NCBI GenBank assembly: GCA_963729895.1
Contig: CAVSQB010000003.1
Coordinates: 32,001 to 96,000, forward strand
Reading direction: 5' to 3'
From: an uncultured Fibrobacterota bacterium
GTDB lineage: Bacteria; Fibrobacterota; Chitinivibrionia; Chitinivibrionales; FEN-1185
DNA length: 64,000 bases
Made by a program: the position numbers and the translations under genes. Under the pieces are notes generated by a model, which saw nothing but the letters and a program-made list of their open reading frames with translations, made no database searches and was not told the DNA's origin. Each line of letters starts with the position of its first letter. The first letter of the stretch is position 1. This document shows, in pieces, positions 49,167-58,965 of this stretch.

Positions 49167-49622
49167 CTAAAGTTTCTCCGGACCGGGCTGCGCCCTTGCC
49201 GCGAACGCGCCGGAAAACTGCCGTATGGCCTGCAGGTATTCTTCTTCCGGGTGTGCGCCCGTAAAAGACGCCACCACTCTTCTGTTCTTCACAAACGCCA
49301 CATACGGAATCCCGCTGATCCGGAATGCCTGACCGGCCTCCGGTACCTGGTCGACGTTGATCCGATAGAAAGTGACCCGGCCTTTATTTTGCGAGGCAAT
49401 TTTGTCGAGCGTAGGCGCGAGCGCCCGGCACGGACCGCACCAATCCGCCCACAAGTCGAACGCGACGAGAGAATCGCGCGAACTGTCCATAACGGTTGCG
49501 ACTTCCGCGGCAGTCAACAATGAAATCATTGGGGACGCTTTGTCGCCCCCGGATCTGTTGCACGAGGTGAGCCAGAGAATAAGGACGAAAAAACATGCCG
49601 GCATACCTGCACAATATTTCAT
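49167..49622 (-). CDS. thioredoxin-family lipoprotein
   Basis: WADWCGPC; lipobox LTSC; start approximate. Confidence 0.82.
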   Translation of the reverse strand: MKYCAGMPACFFVLILWLTSCNRSGGDKASPMISLLTAAEVATVMDSSRDSLVAFDLWADWCGPCRALAPTLDKIASQNKGRVTFYRINVDQVPEAGQAFRISGIPYVAFVKNRRVVASFTGAHPEEEYLQAIRQFSGAFAARAQPGPEKL

Positions 49623-49747
49623 GATTACGGTTTTGCGGATCATGCACTGAATATAATGCCCGAGTCCGAGCCCGACGTAACAAAAACCCCTTGGTACGCG
49701 ACTACCCCTCTCTCGCCCGGCGTCCGAGCCCCAGACCCGCTGACGAT

Positions 49748-50062
49748 TCACGAAAGCGACAGCGCCCCGACATACACATTTTCCGGCTGGATGCCCACGT
49801 ACTCCCTGGTGATTCTCCCGTTTATGAACACGATAACCGTTGGGATGGCCGTAACCCCGTACCGGCTTGGGATTTGGATATTTTCATCCACGTTCATCTT
49901 GTACACCGCCGCCTTTTCTCCCACCTGTTGGGCGACCTTTTCAAGGACAGGCTCCACGGCCCTGCACGGCCCGCACCACGGCGCCCAGAAATCGACCAGC
50001 ACGGGTACCGTCGATTTGAGAACGTCGGTTTCAAAATTTTTATCGGATGTTTCCTTTGACAT
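49748..50062 (-). CDS. trxA: thioredoxin
   Basis: VLVDFWAPWCGPC, AIPT. Confidence 0.92.
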   Translation of the reverse strand: MSKETSDKNFETDVLKSTVPVLVDFWAPWCGPCRAVEPVLEKVAQQVGEKAAVYKMNVDENIQIPSRYGVTAIPTVIVFINGRITREYVGIQPENVYVGALSLS

Positions 50063-50441
50063 TGCACGCTCCCTCGTAAGATATACGGCCAAGAAGGATT
50101 ATTAGTCCGGCAATTAAATACAGCTGCCACGCATTTGGGACATTTATTATTGCCGGGGTAATAATAGTTCAAAGATCATGCCAAAACAGGGCTTCGCGGC
50201 GTTCCCCCGGGAACCCTTGAACTCCGGTCACAGATACTTTCGCGGAAACGGCAGAATCATTCGGGGCCCTTATTCTTCATTCTTCGTGAACATGCCGTTG
50301 CATTTTATTATGTTTCTTGTGTTCGGTGCAGCCGGCAACCGTGAGGCCGTCCGGACCGTGAGACGGCATTCTGCCGCTCGGTTGAAGGGCACGCGACGTG
50401 CAACTCGCAATAATCCGTCCAGCAATCCAAAGGAGGCTCTT

Positions 50442-50993
50442 GTGATCTCAAAGAAAATGGAAGAGGCCATCAACGGCCAGATCAACAACGAATTGTATTC
50501 GGCATACCTCTACGCCGCAATGTCGGCGGATTGTTCGTTTAAGGGGCTCAAGGGATTCGCCAACTGGTTCATGGTGCAATACCACGAGGAAATGCTGCAC
50601 GCCATGAAGTTCTACGAATATGTGATCAAGATGGGCGGCAAGGTGACGCTGCGCGCGATCAAGGAACCCCCATCCGAGTTCAAATCGCCCATGGACATGT
50701 TCCAGAAGACGCTGGCGCACGAGCAGTTCATCACACGATGTATCGGCGAGCTGGTTGAGCTTGCCAAAAAGGAAAAAGACCACGCGTCCGAGGTCTTCTT
50801 CCAATGGTACGTCACCGAGCAGACCGAGGAGGAGGAAAACGACAACGACATCATCGCCCAGCTCAAGCTCATCGGAAGCGACACGGCGGCGCTCTATCTA
50901 CTTGACAAAGAAAAAGCCGCCCGGATCACCACGGTGCCCACCGACTTCTCCAAGGGAGTTGAGGCCGCCATGAAGGCCGCAGGCGGCGCGTAA
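50442..50993 (+). CDS. ftnA: non-heme ferritin
   Basis: QINNELYSAYLY, EEMLHAMKF, HEQFIT, QWYVTEQTEEE; AAGGAGG RBS before a GTG start. Confidence 0.92.
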   Translation: MISKKMEEAINGQINNELYSAYLYAAMSADCSFKGLKGFANWFMVQYHEEMLHAMKFYEYVIKMGGKVTLRAIKEPPSEFKSPMDMFQKTLAHEQFITRCIGELVELAKKEKDHASEVFFQWYVTEQTEEEENDNDIIAQLKLIGSDTAALYLLDKEKAARITTVPTDFSKGVEAAMKAAGGA

Positions 50994-51042
50994 GACCGGG
51001 TTCGATCAACATTCTTCGCGAAGAGGAGGCAAAGGGCCGCAC

Positions 51043-51522
51043 ATGAACACGATCGATCTTGCCAAGAATATTGAGCTGGAAGGCAAGGCTTTTTACGAAA
51101 AACTTGCCGCAGACTCGCCAATCCCGGCGCTGTCGGGCATCTTCTCGCTGCTTGCCAAAGAAGAACAGCTGCACTACAACGTGTTTGATGCCTGGGGTAA
51201 AGAGAACCGTGCCCCGGCGCCCCCGGCGGGCACCGCGGGCGCCGGGGCAAAACGCATATTCTCGCGCCTGTCGCTCCCCTTTACCCTTCCGCAGGTTGTG
51301 TACGATTATGGGCGCGCCTACGGCACGGCGCTCGACATGGAACGCAAAAGCATTGCATTGTACGAAAACATGCTGGCCGCATCCGCATCCGCGGATGACA
51401 AGAAGGTCTTTTCCTTCCTCATTTCCGAGGAGCAGAAACATGAGCATCTGGTGGAACACCTTCTGGAGTTCGTGAACGAACCGAAAGAATTCCTTGAGAA
51501 TGCGGAATTCAATCACCTGTGA
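51043..51522 (+). CDS. ferritin-like/rubrerythrin-family protein
   Basis: ELEGKAFY, EEQLH, MERKSIALY, EEQKH. Confidence 0.88.
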   Translation: MNTIDLAKNIELEGKAFYEKLAADSPIPALSGIFSLLAKEEQLHYNVFDAWGKENRAPAPPAGTAGAGAKRIFSRLSLPFTLPQVVYDYGRAYGTALDMERKSIALYENMLAASASADDKKVFSFLISEEQKHEHLVEHLLEFVNEPKEFLENAEFNHL

Positions 51523-51530
51523 GATTGCGG

Positions 51531-51935
51531 TCAAAACGAGAAAATGATGATCGGCACGGCTGTTACCGCCGTGTACCCGTAGGAGACATTTCGCGTCTGG
51601 TTATTCACATCCCTGTCGTTTGCCGCGGCAAGAGTCATCCAGAGCGCGGCGGCGGTAACGCCCATGCCCACATAACGGTGGATGGCTCGCAACAGGGGAT
51701 AATTGTCCTGCGGTCCGAAAATCGCAAACGCGCCGATGCCGGAATTAGCGGCAAGGAGACAGATTGTGGCTACAGAAGGAACCTGCGTTGCGGCGGACTT
51801 GGTGTCCTGCAGGCACCGGATTGACGTATACAAACCGGCGCCTTCGATAATCGGCAGCGTGATGAAGTGGACTTCCTTTTTCCAGGAGAACGCAGAAGCA
51901 ACGAACATCAGCAGTACCAGCGTCGAGTTTCGCAT
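51531..51935 (-). CDS. hypothetical membrane protein
   Basis: Signal peptide plus hydrophobic segments; AAGGAG RBS. Confidence 0.65.
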   Translation of the reverse strand: MRNSTLVLLMFVASAFSWKKEVHFITLPIIEGAGLYTSIRCLQDTKSAATQVPSVATICLLAANSGIGAFAIFGPQDNYPLLRAIHRYVGMGVTAAALWMTLAAANDRDVNNQTRNVSYGYTAVTAVPIIIFSF

Positions 51936-52161
51936 CGTTTATAACTCCTTATGCAGGGACGGTTTCGCCCGGCCCGGTTTTGATGTATGGTTAAGTATGA
52001 TTATACAGTGGCTCTATCGAATATTCCAAGGTGATTTATCCTTCAAGGAAAGAGCGCTGACAGCGCCGGACGGGCGGACGGCGGTGCGGACCGCTGCGCG
52101 GCGTTTGATCGTCCCTTGACCGCGGTCACCTTGTACCTTCACTTCACCGGAGCGCTCCCGA

Positions 52162-53202
52162 ATGCCATTCGATCTTCTGTCAACCGTCGAATACGGCGGT
52201 TGCTCCGCAAAACTTCCGGCCCAAAAACTGTCCGAAGCGCTCAAAGACCTGCCCAGGATCGCAAACGAAAACCTGCTGGTGGGCATTGAGACGCACGACG
52301 ATGCGGGCGTGTATAAATTGACGGACGACCTTGCAATCATCCTCACGACCGATTTTTTTCCGCCCGTCTGCTCCGACCCCTATGAATTCGGCCAGATCGC
52401 GGCGGCAAATGCGCTGTCGGATGTTTTTGCCATGGGCGGCACGGCGATCGCCGCGCTTAACCTGTGCATGTTTCCGTCCGCAAAAATTCCGCTTGCGGTG
52501 CTGCACGACATCCTTCGCGGCGGCCTGCAGAAAATTGAGGAGGCGGGCGCCGTGGTCGCCGGCGGCCACACCATCGACGACTATCCTCCCAAATATGGTC
52601 TTGCCGTGACCGGAACCATTCACCCCGACCGCATCATCACCAACAGCAGGGCCGAGCCGGGAGACATCCTTCTGCTTACCAAGCCGGTCGGCAGCGGCGT
52701 TATAACGGCGGGCAGGCGTATCGGTGAAATCGGGGATGCTGATTACCGGGCATGCCTTGACACCATGAAACAGCTCAACAAGGCGGGCGCGGAAATCATG
52801 CAGGAATTCGAAGTCCGTTGCGCCACCGACATCACCGGCTTCTCCCTGCTCGGCCATGCCCTGGGCATGGCTTCCGCAAGCAACGTTACCCTGGAAATCG
52901 ACAGCGAGGAAGTTCCGGTCCTTGCAGGCGCCTACGACCTTGCCGAAAGCGGCTGCATCCCGGGCGCCGCGTTCCGCAACCTTGAGTTCGTCGAAAAGGA
53001 ATGCCTGTTTGAAAAGGATGTTGACTATTCGATGAAGATGCTGTGCCTGGACGCGCAGACATCAGGCGGCCTGCTCATGTGCGTCGCCGAGGAATCGGTG
53101 GCGGAAGTGAGAAGGAAGCTCATTGATAAAGGCTACGCCAGGGCGGCGATTGTGGGGCGGGCGACGGAGAAGCGTCAAAAGAGCATCGTGATAAAAGAGT
53201 GA
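52162..53202 (+). CDS. selD: selenide, water dikinase (Cys form)
   Basis: GGCSAK, DDAGVY, TTDFFPP, AANALSDVFAMGG, GGHT, TDITGFSLLGH, DAQTSGGLL. Confidence 0.95.
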   Translation: MPFDLLSTVEYGGCSAKLPAQKLSEALKDLPRIANENLLVGIETHDDAGVYKLTDDLAIILTTDFFPPVCSDPYEFGQIAAANALSDVFAMGGTAIAALNLCMFPSAKIPLAVLHDILRGGLQKIEEAGAVVAGGHTIDDYPPKYGLAVTGTIHPDRIITNSRAEPGDILLLTKPVGSGVITAGRRIGEIGDADYRACLDTMKQLNKAGAEIMQEFEVRCATDITGFSLLGHALGMASASNVTLEIDSEEVPVLAGAYDLAESGCIPGAAFRNLEFVEKECLFEKDVDYSMKMLCLDAQTSGGLLMCVAEESVAEVRRKLIDKGYARAAIVGRATEKRQKSIVIKE

Positions 53203-53239
53203 AAACCATAACCGGATATCCAGTTTCGCGAAGCGGATC

Positions 53240-54967
53240 ATGAACAACGCCCGGCGATTTATCAAGGGACAATCCGCGGCGGACGGCGTCGTGATGGGCG
53301 CCGCCGTTGTGAACTCCGCCGGCGGCGGCGCGGGCGGGAACCAGCTTGACGCGTGCACGATTTACACCCTCGATCATTTCCTTCGCGCGGTGCAGCAGAC
53401 ACGCGCTCAGCTTGTCCGCTTTCAGCAGAGTCTGCAGGAACGGGTGCTGGAATCCGTGTCGCAGATATTCGCAGCCCATCTCGCGATCCTCCAGGACCCC
53501 GAGTTTACAGGCAGGATTCGTGCGAGGATCGAGACCGGCACGCCGGTTGTCGAATCGATCAACGGCATCAGAGACGAGTACGCCGCCGTCTTCTCCCAAA
53601 GTCCAAACGCCATCCTCAGGGAAAAAGTCCTTGACCTCACGGACCTCGCAAACCGCATCCTGTGGAACCTGGCCCACCCCGAAACCGCGGAATCGACCGC
53701 CGATTATCAGGGCAAGATCCTTATCATGTCGTCGTTGTTTCCATCGGACATCCTTCGGCTTGTGGCCCAAAAAACCGAAGGCATCATCCTGACCGGGGGC
53801 GGCGTCACGGCGCACATTTCCGTCCTCGCACGAAGCCTTGAGGTTCCCATGGTGCTTGCCGATGCCGCGCTTCTGGGCGACGTCGCCCCAGGAACGCCCC
53901 TCCTTCTGGACGCGCACCAGGGATCGATTTACGTCAATCCGGATGCCACGGTGTTGGCCGGTTACAAAACGCTGCTGGAAACGCGCGGCAAGGCATTGCC
54001 CGGCGAACGCGACGTGCTGCCCACCACGTACACAAAGGACGGCCGCCGCATCCGGCTGCTGGCTGCCGTCGGACTCGTAAGCGAGGCGCGAATCGCGCGC
54101 GAACTGCGGGCGGAGGGCATCGGTCTTTACAGAAGCGAAATGCCGTTTCTTATCCGCAACGGGTTCCCGACGGAAGACGAACAATACGACGTATACCGCA
54201 GGGTGATGCGGGAAATGGACGGCAGCGACATCGTGTTCCGCACGCTCGACATCGGCGGCGACAAAATCCTCAGATACTTCCCCGCCCGGGAGGAATCGAA
54301 CCCTTTTCTCGGCCTTCGCGGCATCCGGTTCACTTTTCGCCACCAGGAAATTTTCGACACACAGGTGCGCGCGCTGTTGCGCGCAGGATTCGACCGCCCG
54401 GTAAAGATACTGTTCCCGCTCGTGCCGTCGGTTGACAGTTTCCTTTACGCCAAACGTATTGTTCAAAGCCTTGCCGACGATTTGAAGTCCCGCAACGTTC
54501 CGCACCAATCCGCGCCCGAGATAGGCGCAATGGTCGAACTTCCGTGCGCCGTCGGAATTGCGGATGAATTGGCGGCGGAGGCGGATTTCCTTTCCATCGG
54601 CACCAACGATCTGGTGCAATACATGCTTGCAATAGACCGCACCAACGAGCAAATGGCCGAGTGGTACGTGCCGTGGCACCCGGCCATCCTCAGGGCTATT
54701 GATGCGGTGGTACAGGCGGCACAGGAACACGGCAAGCCCGTGTCCCTGTGCGGGGACATGGCCGGCACACTGGAATTGATCCCTGTACTTGTCGGAATGG
54801 GAATCACTGCGCTCACGGTCCCGCCGAGAAAGATTCCGCAGGTGCAGAAGGCGGTTATGGGGATCGACGCGGAGGAAGCGAAGCGGCTGGCGAAGAAGGT
54901 CCTGGAAAGCGGGACGGTGGCCGGGGCGGCACGGTTGATCGGGGTGAAATGGGAGTCGGGGTATTGA
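53240..54967 (+). CDS. ptsP: phosphoenolpyruvate-protein phosphotransferase (PTS enzyme I)
   Basis: GGVTAH phospho-His, GIGLYRSE, RTLDIGGDK, NPFLGLRG, SIGTNDL, CGDMA. Confidence 0.9.
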   Translation: MNNARRFIKGQSAADGVVMGAAVVNSAGGGAGGNQLDACTIYTLDHFLRAVQQTRAQLVRFQQSLQERVLESVSQIFAAHLAILQDPEFTGRIRARIETGTPVVESINGIRDEYAAVFSQSPNAILREKVLDLTDLANRILWNLAHPETAESTADYQGKILIMSSLFPSDILRLVAQKTEGIILTGGGVTAHISVLARSLEVPMVLADAALLGDVAPGTPLLLDAHQGSIYVNPDATVLAGYKTLLETRGKALPGERDVLPTTYTKDGRRIRLLAAVGLVSEARIARELRAEGIGLYRSEMPFLIRNGFPTEDEQYDVYRRVMREMDGSDIVFRTLDIGGDKILRYFPAREESNPFLGLRGIRFTFRHQEIFDTQVRALLRAGFDRPVKILFPLVPSVDSFLYAKRIVQSLADDLKSRNVPHQSAPEIGAMVELPCAVGIADELAAEADFLSIGTNDLVQYMLAIDRTNEQMAEWYVPWHPAILRAIDAVVQAAQEHGKPVSLCGDMAGTLELIPVLVGMGITALTVPPRKIPQVQKAVMGIDAEEAKRLAKKVLESGTVAGAARLIGVKWESGY

Positions 54968-55013
54968 GGGGAACGAGGGATGATGATGAGGGTTCGCCTC
55001 TCAAACGTTCTTC

Positions 55014-56906
55014 TCATCCCACGCTCGGGAACCTACCCATGTCCGTATGCGGCAAAAACAGCGCCGCCACGTACGCATCCATGTAGCGGTTGTCGCTTGA
55101 AAGGTCGATGTAGGTGATGCGCCTGGCAAGGGCGTTGAGCTGCTCACGCCTCGTCTTTGACAAAAGAGCAAGAGTTGCTCCAGTCAATGAGGAATTGCCC
55201 AGGTAGGTGAATTTGCCGCGGGGAATGTCGGGCAGCAGGCCGATGCGGACGGCCTTGTTCACGTCTATGAACCTTCCGAAGCCGCCCGCTATGTACACGC
55301 GCGAAATGCCGTCGAACGTGAGGCCGATGTTCTTGAGCATGAGGTCGCAGGCGGCGTAGATCGCGCCTTTTGTCCGGATGAGGTTGTCGATGTCCGCCTC
55401 GGTAAGGACGATTTCCCTCCCGTCGTGCGCTTCGGATGATTTGACAAGAACAAGCGCCTTGGTTCCCCCGATTTTTGTGATTCGCGATGAGGGCGCTGCC
55501 TCCGCTATCTTTCCGCCCCGATCGATAATTCCCTGTGTGTACAATTCGCCGAGCAGGGAAATCAGGCCGGAGCCGCAGATGCCTTTCGGTTTTCCGCCGC
55601 CGATCACGCCGAACCGCAGGTGTTCCATAGCCGCGTCGGCCTCAAACGACTCGATAGCGCCGGCCGCCGCCCGCATGCCGCACGAGATGCCCGAACCTTC
55701 GAACGCGGGACCCGCCGAGCACGCGGCCGCCATGAGAAACTCGGCATTGCCGATTGCGATTTCGCCGTTCGTGCCGATGTCCATGAACAGGACGACGTTT
55801 TTGTCATCCCACACCACCGGCGTGGTGAGCAGTCCGGAGGTTATGTCGCCGCCCACATAGCTGCCTACGCCCGGCGCGAACGTCACCGCCGCGCATGGGT
55901 TGGCGTGAAGCCCGACTTCCTCGGCCGTCATGATGCATGGTGAGTTGACAACCGGCATATATGGGCTTTCCCGTATGTTCTGCGGGGGCAGTCCCAGCAG
56001 CAGATGGACCATGGTGGTGTTTCCCGCAATCGCGAGGTTGTACACGGAGCCGGCGGAATTGTCTGTTTCGTCGAGAACCGCGTCGATGAGGCCGTTGACG
56101 GTGTCAAGGACGAGCGAGCGCATTTCCTGGAGCCGTTTCTCCGTCTTGGCGTAATCGATCCGCGAAATGATGTCCGCGCCGCGCCGGATCTGGCTGTTGT
56201 ACTCGGACTTGCTCGCAAGGACCTTCCCGCCGTGCAGGTTCAGGCAATGGACGGACACGGTGGTGGTGCCGATGTCGCAGGCGATGCCGATATCGCGGTT
56301 CGGTGCGTCACCCGGCTCAACCGAGACCACGGTGAGGCACGCTCCGTCATCGAGGACGCGTACCGTTACAAGACCGCTGCGCTCGCGCATGGCGTCTGCA
56401 AGAATCCTGAGCACCGCAAGCCCGCAGCGCACGGGCCTGTCGGCCGCCGCCTTCCGCACTTGGACTTCCAGTCGTTGGAAATCGGAGGAATGCCGCTCAA
56501 GGCTCGGCTGGTCGGCGCGCAACCGGTAGGTCTTGACAACAGGCGAAATATCATCGGGAGAAGGCATAAGGTCCGGAGTTATCGCGGCTATGTCCTTTCC
56601 GAGCGCCATGGATACCGAGCCGTCGGACGCGCCGGACAGGATTGAAAATACCGCGTCCCCGCTCACCACGCACTGGCATGAAAGCACTTTAAGCGGTTTG
56701 GCGCCGGCGGCGACGGTGAATTTCCTTTCTTTTATTTCGACGTCTCCCTCGACAAGCTCCACAAGGCATTTGTGACAGGTGCCCTTGCCGCCGCATTCGA
56801 GATACAGGCCGGTTTCGCGGACCTGGCTTGCAACATCGGAAATGCGCGTACCGCGGACGGCCGTACAGGACTTTTGGGAGGGTAGAAACGTGATGGTGTG
56901 CGTCAT
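55014..56906 (-). CDS. ASKHA-fold 2Fe-2S protein (reductive activator of corrinoid proteins, RACo/DUF4445 type)
   Basis: CGGKGTCHKC, DIGTTT, AGNTTM, YVGGD, DIGTNGE, SAGPAFEG, GICGSG, AGGFG. Confidence 0.9.
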   Translation of the reverse strand: MTHTITFLPSQKSCTAVRGTRISDVASQVRETGLYLECGGKGTCHKCLVELVEGDVEIKERKFTVAAGAKPLKVLSCQCVVSGDAVFSILSGASDGSVSMALGKDIAAITPDLMPSPDDISPVVKTYRLRADQPSLERHSSDFQRLEVQVRKAAADRPVRCGLAVLRILADAMRERSGLVTVRVLDDGACLTVVSVEPGDAPNRDIGIACDIGTTTVSVHCLNLHGGKVLASKSEYNSQIRRGADIISRIDYAKTEKRLQEMRSLVLDTVNGLIDAVLDETDNSAGSVYNLAIAGNTTMVHLLLGLPPQNIRESPYMPVVNSPCIMTAEEVGLHANPCAAVTFAPGVGSYVGGDITSGLLTTPVVWDDKNVVLFMDIGTNGEIAIGNAEFLMAAACSAGPAFEGSGISCGMRAAAGAIESFEADAAMEHLRFGVIGGGKPKGICGSGLISLLGELYTQGIIDRGGKIAEAAPSSRITKIGGTKALVLVKSSEAHDGREIVLTEADIDNLIRTKGAIYAACDLMLKNIGLTFDGISRVYIAGGFGRFIDVNKAVRIGLLPDIPRGKFTYLGNSSLTGATLALLSKTRREQLNALARRITYIDLSSDNRYMDAYVAALFLPHTDMGRFPSVG

Positions 56907-57027
56907 GCAGGAAAAATACAAAGCGCCGCGGCTTCCAATGGAGCATGGTGGTCGGGAGCGGAACAGCGGCACGAAATGGAGCGGCGGCCGCCGCGTCGGG
57001 ACGTGTCGCGAGGGACGGGAATTCGTT

Positions 57028-57294
57028 CTAGTTGACCTGTTCCTTGAAGATGGTCCCGGGCCTGAACTTGATCACGTTGGACGCATTCACCGTGAATGCC
57101 GCGCCCGTCTTCGGGTTCCGTCCGGTCCTCGCCTTCCTCTTGACAATACAGAAACTTCCGAAGCCGATGATCTGCACGCCCTTCTTCACGTTTTCCCGGA
57201 TTGCGCTAAGGACCGAATCAACGGTTTTTTCCGCAAGCGCCTTCTTGATGCCTGCGTCTTTCGCAACGATATCGACCAGATTTCTCTTATTCAT
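57028..57294 (-). CDS. hup: HU family DNA-binding protein
   Basis: MNKRNL, IIGFGSF, ARTGRNPKTG, KFRPG. Confidence 0.93.
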   Translation of the reverse strand: MNKRNLVDIVAKDAGIKKALAEKTVDSVLSAIRENVKKGVQIIGFGSFCIVKRKARTGRNPKTGAAFTVNASNVIKFRPGTIFKEQVN

Positions 57295-57311
57295 TATCCC
57301 CCCCGCGACGA

Positions 57312-57932
57312 CTAATATCCGGGATACTCGTCCTGCATCTTGGCAAGTTCCGGTTTCGCCTTTGCCCAGAAATCGTATGCCGCAATATGCGCCTTTTTCG
57401 CCATCGGATCAAGATTCTTGAGCGGTTTTGCCTGGGCGAACTTTCCAAACCGGATGCCGCCCGATTTCATAACGGCGGCATATTCGTCGGGCCCGACGGC
57501 TGCCAGAGCCGTTTGCACCCGGGTAAGCCCGCCGGACGGGGCGCCGGTTCCCGGCGTGGGAGCGGTTACCCTCACGGAGGAATTCTTCTGGACAACGTAG
57601 TACACTTTTCCCGGAAGAAAATGAAGACGGATGGTGGCAATATTGTCGATTCTCGCCATCAGGTAATGAAATCCCGTGTCCACCGGAAACTGCGTCACCA
57701 TGTTGCTCGTCGTAACGCCGGCAAAAGCGCCGTCCACGAATATGGTACTCAGCTTTTCGGCGTTATAGGCAGCCTCGGTTTTCAGCATGGGAAGTACGAG
57801 CACTACAAGCGCCCGGTTGGCCGGAGGTTTTATTTCAGGGATGCTCGTCGAATACGAAAGTACAGCCGGCGAGCATGAAGCAAGAAAGAGCGCTGCCGCC
57901 AGCAGCCCCGCGCACCATCGATTTGTTCTCAC
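57312..57932 (-). CDS. hypothetical lipoprotein
   Basis: Lipobox LASC; AGGAGG RBS before a GTG start. Confidence 0.7.
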   Translation of the reverse strand: MRTNRWCAGLLAAALFLASCSPAVLSYSTSIPEIKPPANRALVVLVLPMLKTEAAYNAEKLSTIFVDGAFAGVTTSNMVTQFPVDTGFHYLMARIDNIATIRLHFLPGKVYYVVQKNSSVRVTAPTPGTGAPSGGLTRVQTALAAVGPDEYAAVMKSGGIRFGKFAQAKPLKNLDPMAKKAHIAAYDFWAKAKPELAKMQDEYPGY

Positions 57933-57994
57933 GTTGTCCTCCTGATGTGGCATGCCGCTACCGGCTCCGACAGCACGATCGCCGGCATGCACGG

Positions 57995-58834
57995 CTACAA
58001 GGTAATTTCAAAGGTATTCCCTACTGCAAAGCACTCCATGCTGCCCCGGAGTTTCTTTACAAGTTTGTTCGAGGCACCGACCATGGCATCAACCTGGTCG
58101 TCCGTTCGCTCCCGGTTCAAATGAAACATCCCCAAGCTCCGGGCGCCAGCCCGCACGCCAAGCTTGACAGCATCGGAGAACAGAGAATGGCCGAACGACC
58201 GGTTGGCCGGGTAATCCCCCGAGGAGAATTCGGCGTCATGGATGAGCAGGTCGGCCCCGCGGGAGAATTCGGCATAGTGCTCGAATGTCCTGCCGCCGGG
58301 ATGATGATAGGCCAGCTCGTTGTCGGTGAGAAACACGAAACTCGCGTTGCCTTCTTCGAACCTGAACCCGAGCCCGCCGTTGGGATGGGACAAGAAGATG
58401 GGCCGGATCTTCAGACTTCCGATGGTGAACGCCTCCGCTCTCCTGTTCTCAAAATGCAAATGTGCGGAAACGGAATCCAGCTCCACCGGGAAGTACGGAG
58501 CGCACATGACCCCGTTGAGCATTTCACGGTACGAGGGAAACTGGAAGCTGCACCCGTGCACGGTGATGTGCGTGCCCTTGCGATAGAGGGGATTGAAAAA
58601 CGGGAACCCCATGATGTGATCGAGATGCGCATGCGTGAACAGCATGTCAAACTTCTTTACTTTGGCACGCGCAAGTTTTGTCCCGAGCGGCCTGATGCCG
58701 GTGCCGGCGTCCACAACGATTATGTCGCCTTTTTTCGAGCGTATTTCCAAACATGTCGTGTCGCCGCCATAGCGGTTAAACTGCTTTCCGCTTACCGGCA
58801 ACGATCCCCGGGAACCCCAACAGCGAATATGCAT
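57995..58834 (-). CDS. MBL-fold metallo-hydrolase
   Basis: WGSRGS, YGGDTTC, DAGTG, THAHLDHIMG, TDNE, LIHDA, GHS. Confidence 0.9.
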   Translation of the reverse strand: MHIRCWGSRGSLPVSGKQFNRYGGDTTCLEIRSKKGDIIVVDAGTGIRPLGTKLARAKVKKFDMLFTHAHLDHIMGFPFFNPLYRKGTHITVHGCSFQFPSYREMLNGVMCAPYFPVELDSVSAHLHFENRRAEAFTIGSLKIRPIFLSHPNGGLGFRFEEGNASFVFLTDNELAYHHPGGRTFEHYAEFSRGADLLIHDAEFSSGDYPANRSFGHSLFSDAVKLGVRAGARSLGMFHLNRERTDDQVDAMVGASNKLVKKLRGSMECFAVGNTFEITL

Positions 58835-58965
58835 AGCCGCTCCGGTAAAGGATGTCCTGCCGCGCGAACCGCGCGCAAAAAGCTGCAGCCGGCTTGCGAT
58901 CACGAATTGTAATTATAACAACTTCCGAAAAACAATGCGAGAAGAAAATAATCGTTGGGCGCACC

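Noticed and set aside
52162..52215. Selenocysteine in SelD
   Set aside because: The active-site codon is TGC (Cys)
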